Source: Candidatus Zixiibacteriota bacterium
Lineage (GTDB): Bacteria; Zixibacteria; MSB-5A5; UBA10806; 4484-95
Assembly (NCBI GenBank): GCA_037441845.1
Contig: JBBIRK010000002.1
Span: 286,854-350,853 of the forward strand
DNA: 64,000 nt
Direction of reading: 5' to 3'
The notes beneath the pieces were generated by a model that worked only from the letters and a program-made list of their open reading frames with translations, was not told the DNA's origin and searched no databases. The position numbers and the translations under genes are program-made. Positions 58,313-64,000 of the stretch are shown here, in pieces (the stretch's first letter is position 1; the number at the start of each line of letters is the position of its first letter).

Positions 58313-59644
58313 CTACCTTATCAAATCTTCTTCACCGAGGGCTTTCAGCAAAGCGGCAAGCCCGGTCACGAGATTGTTGAAAGCGATGATTTTATTGGTT
58401 TCGGCCGCGGTCAGGGCAACCTCGGCGTCGAACATTTCGAGTTGGGTTCCGACTCCGTTTTCGAATCTCAAGCGGGCGATGTCGAGTCCGCGGCGAGCCA
58501 TTTCCACCGTTTCCGATCCGGCGGTCAAGTTCTCGCGGGCTTTTTGATAATCGTACCAGCATCGCTCGAGCTCCAAAATGAGATTTTCTTCGAGTTCGGT
58601 TTCGGAAAGGCGTGAATTGGCCAAGTCGATTTTCGCCTGTTTGGCCTGGGAGACGGTCCGCCAGGAATCGAAAATCGGGATGGTTATGGCGATACCGGAA
58701 TAGGAGCTTCGCTTGAAATCGTCGGAGCCGGGGAAACGATCAAGATCGCTCTGTGCCTGATATTGCAAAGAAGTTTGAAAAAAGATCGACGGGCGCCAGC
58801 CGCCCCAGGCGATAGATACGGCTTTTTTGTAGATTTCGCTTTGGTAGCGGGCCATCTTGATTTCCGGTCGTTTTTCGAGCATGGCCATACGAGCCGAATC
58901 GAGATCAAAGTGCGGCAGCAGGTAGCGATCGATTTGCGGGTCTTGAACCAACCGCGGTTTGCTGTCGACCGGCAGGCCGATCAGGTTATTGAGATTTTTA
59001 TAGGCCAACTCGGCGCCGGCCTCGGCATCGATTCTATTGGGGCGGGCGTTGGCCAACCGCACCTGAGCCCTTAACACCTCGTAATCGGAAACCAGGCCTT
59101 GAGCGAACAGCTTGCGGGTGACCTCGAGGCCCTCGGCGGCCAATTTTTCGGCCTGAGCGGCGACTCTCAGTAATTCATCGGCCATGATCGCGGCGTAGAA
59201 CGATTTGATTACTTGTAATTGGAGATTTTGCCGGGCCAGGCGCAACTGTTCCTGAGTAAGTTTCTTATATGTCTTAGCGATACTAAGCGCGGTGAATACC
59301 TTGCCGCCTATATATATCGGCTGCGTCAAAGTCAATCCCGCGGTGTAGCTGTTGGTAGTACCGAATTTGACTTCCTGAGGACCGTCATCGCCGAAAGGCA
59401 CGACAAACGTGGGTAATTCCCAGTTGCGGACATAATTCAGGGAAGCTTCCAATTGCGGCAATGCGGACGACTGGGCCTCCGTAACCCGCCATCCCGCCTT
59501 TTCATGTTCCTTGACGGCCCGCAGATACTCCTCGTTGTTTTGCAATCCGAGTTGGATTGCCTGCTCGAGAGTGAGATCCATCTGAGCCGCCGATGTTCCA
59601 GTGATCAATAAAGCGATCCAAAAAGCAAAAATCGTTTTCCTCAC
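58313..59644 (-). CDS. TolC family outer membrane efflux protein
   Basis: Signal peptide; two-repeat TolC pattern. Confidence 0.85.
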   Translation of the reverse strand: MRKTIFAFWIALLITGTSAAQMDLTLEQAIQLGLQNNEEYLRAVKEHEKAGWRVTEAQSSALPQLEASLNYVRNWELPTFVVPFGDDGPQEVKFGTTNSYTAGLTLTQPIYIGGKVFTALSIAKTYKKLTQEQLRLARQNLQLQVIKSFYAAIMADELLRVAAQAEKLAAEGLEVTRKLFAQGLVSDYEVLRAQVRLANARPNRIDAEAGAELAYKNLNNLIGLPVDSKPRLVQDPQIDRYLLPHFDLDSARMAMLEKRPEIKMARYQSEIYKKAVSIAWGGWRPSIFFQTSLQYQAQSDLDRFPGSDDFKRSSYSGIAITIPIFDSWRTVSQAKQAKIDLANSRLSETELEENLILELERCWYDYQKARENLTAGSETVEMARRGLDIARLRFENGVGTQLEMFDAEVALTAAETNKIIAFNNLVTGLAALLKALGEEDLIR

Positions 59645-59705
59645 GCCAATTCCTTTCCCGCGGATATTGCCTGTCGAGGTCGACCGTCCGAACGTTCCGG
59701 CCTAA

Positions 59706-60194
59706 TCAGACCAGGGCCGCCAGCTCCTTGCGCAATTTATCGACATCAGTCGGTAATTCGAGAGCCGCCCGATGCCTCACTGAACCCTCGTGGCCGATAC
59801 AGAACGCGATCGGGTGGTAGGCCGGCCTGGCCGAGGCGGTGTTTACGACGCTGAACAATCTGCCGGCGTTAAGATCGTGATCGCAAAAGCATCGGAAATC
59901 AAGGCGGTTTTTCTTTTTGAACTCGTCCGCCTGTCGGCTTTTCAGGGGCATAATGATCGATATTTTATATTCGAACCCGGAGGCGGAACGCGGCAGCCCT
60001 TTCTGCAAATTGGAGACGATCCCTACTCCGTTGTCGTCGGGGTTGAGAAATGCAAGCAGAGTGTAACGATCCCCGGAGCGATCGATGGGATCGCCCATTT
60101 CGAAATTCGAATCGGGCAGTTGGAACCGGGGAGCGATAAAACCGACCCTAATCACATTTACATTATCCATCTCAAAATCTCCTGTTATCGACAA
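59706..60194 (-). CDS. thioredoxin-fold AhpC/TSA-like protein lacking the peroxidatic Cys
   Basis: APRFQLPD...YTLLAFLNPDDNGVGI aligns to the Prx motif F.P.DFT.VC.TE but Cys is absent. Confidence 0.35.
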   Translation of the reverse strand: MSITGDFEMDNVNVIRVGFIAPRFQLPDSNFEMGDPIDRSGDRYTLLAFLNPDDNGVGIVSNLQKGLPRSASGFEYKISIIMPLKSRQADEFKKKNRLDFRCFCDHDLNAGRLFSVVNTASARPAYHPIAFCIGHEGSVRHRAALELPTDVDKLRKELAALV

Positions 60195-60916
60195 TTCGAT
60201 TTATTTTCCTCTAATTTCGATTTCATAAAGTAATCACACGAATGATTCAAGCGGCAGGTTCGGCAGAGCGGGTTGCGGCTGCGACAAACGACCCTCCCGT
60301 GGGCAATCAGATTCAGATGAAATCGGTAGAGCGATAGTTTATCGGCGAAGCGGGCGAAATAATCGTGCGCCTTATCCGGGGAGATCCCTTTGGGCAGAAT
60401 GCCGATTCTGCCGGCGACTCGAAAGACGTGGGTATCTACGGGCATGACATTTCTGCCCAGCGAGAATGCCATGACACAGGCGGCGGTTTTTCGTCCGACG
60501 CCGGGTAGCGAGGTGAGGAATTCGACGATCTCCTGGTCCTTCCAGCCGCGAATGAAATCGAGGGAATAGCGGCCGTCTTTCTTGATTTTGCGAAGAACCT
60601 CTTTTATGCGTCGGGCGCGGATTTCGGCGAGTCCGGCCGGTCTTATGGTTTGGGCGATCGTTCGAGTATCGGCGGCCGCGACATCTTCCCAGGTGGGATA
60701 AGCCTTCTTGAGCGCGGCGAAAGCACGGTCACGGTTATTGTCATTGGTATTTTGCGAAAGGATCGTAAAAATCAATTCGGTCAGCGGATCGACCCCCGGC
60801 CGGAATTTTTTATCACCGTGGATCCGCGTTAATAAATCGTCAACTTTTTCCGCGCGTCGACTAAGTTCGTCTGAAAATTCGAGTCGGGTGGGATTCTTCG
60901 TCGGAGTTCGTTTCAT
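60185..60916 (-). CDS. nth: endonuclease III family DNA glycosylase (HhH-GPD, 4Fe-4S)
   Basis: LPGVGRKTA HhH, catalytic D, C-x6-C-x2-C-x5-C cluster. Confidence 0.8.
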   Translation of the reverse strand: MKRTPTKNPTRLEFSDELSRRAEKVDDLLTRIHGDKKFRPGVDPLTELIFTILSQNTNDNNRDRAFAALKKAYPTWEDVAAADTRTIAQTIRPAGLAEIRARRIKEVLRKIKKDGRYSLDFIRGWKDQEIVEFLTSLPGVGRKTAACVMAFSLGRNVMPVDTHVFRVAGRIGILPKGISPDKAHDYFARFADKLSLYRFHLNLIAHGRVVCRSRNPLCRTCRLNHSCDYFMKSKLEENKSNCR

Positions 60917-61599
60917 TTTCTGACCGGTTTTTTACGGGAATAGCGTGTTTTTTCGGTGGCGATGCCGTTGAGCAAAAGATCTATGACGCAATCGGGACGT
61001 CGTTTAAGAAATTCGCGTTCCTGGCTCTTGGAAAGGTCGAGCATAGCCCGGGCGATGGGATGGCCGATGAAATATATCAGGTTCATGCCCATGAAACTGA
61101 CGAGGGTTTGAATCGGATCGAGGTCGCGGAATTGGTGTTTCCTGCGACCATCGTTCAAGATTTCGAGAAAACGGTCGGCGATCGATTGGCGGCATTCGTG
61201 GCGCACCTGGGCTATGGCCGCGTGGACATGATCGGGGTTATCTATGAGCGCCTCCATGACTATTTTGGAATAATCGCCATGCTGGGAAAACGATTCGACA
61301 TGGGCGGCCACCACCCGTTTCATGCGTTCAATCGGCGAGAGTGATTCGTCGGCCGACTCTTGGAGGCGAGTGCTGATTTGCAGGGAGATTTTTTTCAGTA
61401 TTTCGTAGACGGCCGCCTTGTAGAGGTTTTCTTTGCCGGCGAAATAGTAATAGGCCATCGCCTTGTTCAAGCCCGCTCGGGCGGCGATTTCCTCCATGCA
61501 AGCCCCATGTTTGCCTTTCTGGGCGAAAACGACGATGGCGGCCTCAACCAATTTTTGTCGGCTGTGATGATCGCCGCTTTTTTTCAATCGATCGGACAT
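60913..61599 (-). CDS. TetR/AcrR family transcriptional regulator
   Basis: N-terminal HTH EEIAARAGLNKAMAYYYF. Confidence 0.85.
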   Translation of the reverse strand: MSDRLKKSGDHHSRQKLVEAAIVVFAQKGKHGACMEEIAARAGLNKAMAYYYFAGKENLYKAAVYEILKKISLQISTRLQESADESLSPIERMKRVVAAHVESFSQHGDYSKIVMEALIDNPDHVHAAIAQVRHECRQSIADRFLEILNDGRRKHQFRDLDPIQTLVSFMGMNLIYFIGHPIARAMLDLSKSQEREFLKRRPDCVIDLLLNGIATEKTRYSRKKPVRK

Positions 61600-61724
61600 T
61601 AACTATTCCGTTTAACGTTTTCGTTAATTTATGCAGAATTTACGATGAGACAACGATTTTGTTTCATAATTCGTTCGCAATCGAAAAAAACGAGTAGTTG
61701 GTTTCGGAGATCGCCGCAACCCGA

Positions 61725-62354
61725 CTAACGGGAGGAGAGCGATCGGATCGCCGCCCGCAATTCGATTAAGCTCGAGTCGCTGAAAGGGTCATAGTAGCCG
61801 CGGATGCGGGCTTGCCTGTCCACCAATACGAAACGCGAGCTATGATCGGCGGGCAAGTTATCGGCGGACAGCATGAATCCGTTTTCCGAGAGGTCGGCCA
61901 CTTCGTCGATCGGCCCGCGCAAGAAAAGCCAGCGGTCGTCGGTTACTCCGAAAGCCGCGGCATATTTTTGCAACACCGGCAGCGAATCGTAATCGGGGTC
62001 GACATCGATGGAGACGAATTGGATATCTGGAAAAGCGGCATATTCTTTGTAAAGTTCGGCCATTTTGGTGGACATTACCGGGCAGATGCTGTGGCATCTG
62101 GTGAAAAAGAAACAAATCACGCTGGTCTTGCCGAGTAGTCCGGCACTTCCGAAGGGAATATTAGATTGGGTGACGAACCGGAATTCGGGCACCTGCCCCA
62201 GTATCGGCAATCGGTCCGATGACGAATCGGCCAAGTGATTTCGCATAAAAATAAGCGCCAGCAACAGAGCCAACAGCACCGTTGCACCGAGATATAGCCC
62301 GAATTTGATCGGCAAGCGGCCGGTGCTTTTAAGGCTGTGGGACGAACCCGCCAT
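61725..62354 (-). CDS. SCO1/SenC copper chaperone
   Basis: CHSICP motif in a thioredoxin fold; N-terminal TM. Confidence 0.8.
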   Translation of the reverse strand: MAGSSHSLKSTGRLPIKFGLYLGATVLLALLLALIFMRNHLADSSSDRLPILGQVPEFRFVTQSNIPFGSAGLLGKTSVICFFFTRCHSICPVMSTKMAELYKEYAAFPDIQFVSIDVDPDYDSLPVLQKYAAAFGVTDDRWLFLRGPIDEVADLSENGFMLSADNLPADHSSRFVLVDRQARIRGYYDPFSDSSLIELRAAIRSLSSR

Positions 62355-62355
62355 C

Positions 62356-62754
62356 TTAATGACCTTCGTGCCCGGCGGGGGCGACGGTATCCGCCGGTTG
62401 GTTTTGATAGATCACCGCCTCGGGATTTACCGGATTGGCCAGGATTTCATAAACAGTGCCGCGCTCCATGGTGTCGAACATGGTCAAAATCAGAAAAACC
62501 CCGAGGAACACTATGGAGATCAGGAATATGGTGAGATAGATTTTCTTGTCGTAGAGCAAGTGCATGAAAAAGAGCGCCACCAAAGAGGCTTTGAGAGTGG
62601 CGATACCCAGGGCCACCACTACGTTCCAGCCGCCGAGGTTTATACGCGACACGGCAACCGTAACCGCAGTCAAGATAAGCAATGCAGACCCGGTGCCGAG
62701 ATAGATTTTCAGCGGCGTAACGTGATCGTCGGTTCTTGCGTGAGAGATTTCCAT
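62356..62754 (-). CDS. cytochrome c oxidase subunit IV (bacterial aa3/caa3 type)
   Basis: Three TM helices with the CoxIV pattern. Confidence 0.65.
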   Translation of the reverse strand: MEISHARTDDHVTPLKIYLGTGSALLILTAVTVAVSRINLGGWNVVVALGIATLKASLVALFFMHLLYDKKIYLTIFLISIVFLGVFLILTMFDTMERGTVYEILANPVNPEAVIYQNQPADTVAPAGHEGH

Positions 62755-62758
62755 AAAA

Positions 62759-63406
62759 TCATCCTATTAAATACAATAGGGGGAATAGATAAATCCAAAC
62801 CAAATCCACGAAATGCCAATATAGGCCTGCCAGTTCCACCGGAGTGTAATAGTCGGCGGAGAAACGGCCGCGGGCGGTATTCAAGGTAATCCAGATTAAA
62901 ACCGACATCCCCCCTATTATATGCAGCGCATGCAGTCCGGTCATGGCGAAATAGATGGTGAAGAACAGGTGCGGATTGACCCCTTCGATTCCTCGGTAAG
63001 TATAGAACTTGCCCGGCAATTGGCCGAGATGAATCTTGTGGCTGTATTCGAAGTATTTCACCACTAAAAAAGCCGCGGCCAGGAGGATGGTGATCACCAG
63101 AAATCGCACCGTATTTCGCCGATTACCGAGCTGGATGCTGCGGATCGCCAGGGCCATAGTCACCGAGCTGGATATAAGAATCACGGTGTTGAGGCCGCCC
63201 AAAACGACATTGAGAGCGCGATGGGCGTTGTGAAACATGTCCGGATTCCAAGCGCGGAATACGCCATAGGCGACGAACAGCCCGCCGAAAAGTAATACCT
63301 CGGTGACCAAGAAAATCCATAGGCCCAATTTGGCCGATTCTTTCTGCTGCTGCGGCGTAGAGAAGTGATGTGCCAGTCCCGGTTGATTCGGCGAATGTTC
63401 GTTCAT
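62759..63406 (-). CDS. ctaE: cytochrome c oxidase subunit III
   Basis: COX3 TM pattern. Confidence 0.85.
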   Translation of the reverse strand: MNEHSPNQPGLAHHFSTPQQQKESAKLGLWIFLVTEVLLFGGLFVAYGVFRAWNPDMFHNAHRALNVVLGGLNTVILISSSVTMALAIRSIQLGNRRNTVRFLVITILLAAAFLVVKYFEYSHKIHLGQLPGKFYTYRGIEGVNPHLFFTIYFAMTGLHALHIIGGMSVLIWITLNTARGRFSADYYTPVELAGLYWHFVDLVWIYLFPLLYLIG

Positions 63407-63409
63407 AGG

Positions 63410-64000
63410 TCAAGATTCGTTTTTGGGGTTCGCGGTGATTTTGTCGTAATCATAAAATCCGTGGGTGACGGTCGGCGTGACGGCGAAATTGGCGGCCGGA
63501 GGCGGCGATTCGGTTTGCCATTCGAGCGTCAGCGCATTCCATGGGTTGGCGGGAGCGGGTTTACCGCGGAAAAGCGATGAGATCAGGTAGATCGCCATTA
63601 TCAACATTCCGACGCCCAGAATGATCGAGCCGGCAGTGGAGATTTCATGGAGACCTTCGTATTTGGCAGGATAAGAATAATAACGCCGCGGCATGCCGCG
63701 CGAACCGAGGATGAACTGGGTGAAAAAAGTAATATTGAATCCGACGAAAGTGAAAATCCATGCTATCACCGCCCAGGTTTTGTTATACATCTTACCCCAA
63801 ATCTTGGGCCACCAATAATGCAGTCCGCCGAAAAACGCCATCACCGTGCCGCCGAACATGACATAGTGGAAATGAGCGACGATGAAATAAGTGTCGTGCA
63901 GATGAACATCAGTGGCCAGAGCGCCCAAAAACATGCCGGTGAGGCCGCCGATGGTGAAAAGGAACAAAAACGATAGTCCATATAGCATCGGCGTTTCGAA
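63410..64000 (-). CDS. ctaD: cytochrome c oxidase subunit I (C-terminal part; gene continues beyond window)
   Basis: COX1 C-terminal helices ([14 protein letters not shown]...). Confidence 0.9.
   Translation of the reverse strand, partial: FETPMLYGLSFLFLFTIGGLTGMFLGALATDVHLHDTYFIVAHFHYVMFGGTVMAFFGGLHYWWPKIWGKMYNKTWAVIAWIFTFVGFNITFFTQFILGSRGMPRRYYSYPAKYEGLHEISTAGSIILGVGMLIMAIYLISSLFRGKPAPANPWNALTLEWQTESPPPAANFAVTPTVTHGFYDYDKITANPKNES

Noticed and set aside
63410-63988. Treating the COX1 ORF as a complete 192 aa protein
   Set aside because: The sequence is the C-terminal third of subunit I. The gene is on the minus strand and continues past the window end, so it is partial.
1-64000. Mobile element, prophage or genomic-island boundaries
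   Set aside because: No integrase, transposase, phage structural genes, terminal inverted repeats or tRNA-adjacent att-like duplications seen. tRNA-Sec is flanked by housekeeping genes on both sides.

Overview
This 64 kb window is densely coded, high-GC bacterial chromosome. I call roughly 55 protein genes and one tRNA, and see no integrase, transposase or CRISPR array. A T9SS translocon gene (sprA) together with clear Shine-Dalgarno use suggests an FCB-superphylum organism outside the Bacteroidetes. Left to right: a phospho-signalling module (CHASE2 Ser/Thr kinase, metallophosphoesterase, tandem-FHA protein); dus and etfA; a long minus-strand string murB-sprA-M28 peptidase-DUF4097-sppA-M16-M16; recG with two small genes; the rfbBADC dTDP-rhamnose operon; an aconitase-family/MmgE-PrpD operon; an acyl-CoA dehydrogenase, a GNAT and tadA; a CxxCH-bearing outer-membrane beta-barrel plus a PSCyt1-type cytochrome lipoprotein; the KDO/CTP cluster kdsB-pyrG-kdsA; a solo Cas6-like gene; hutU; a translationally coupled HIT/LeuC-like/LeuD-like operon whose aconitase catalytic residues are lost; an SbcC/SbcD-like (YhaN/YhaO-like) pair whose nuclease partner has lost its metal ligands; DUF885; rlmD; tRNA-Sec; bacillithiol bshBAC directly downstream of a TetR-nth-tolC-MFP-RND efflux operon; and SCO plus caa3 oxidase subunits IV/III/I, truncated at the window end. 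The best candidates for undescribed biology are the HIT plus degenerate aconitase-like operon, the catalytically degenerate SbcCD-like pair, the orphan Cas6-like protein and the cytochrome-porin pair. All family assignments come from motif-level reading of the supplied translations and need HMM or BLAST confirmation.
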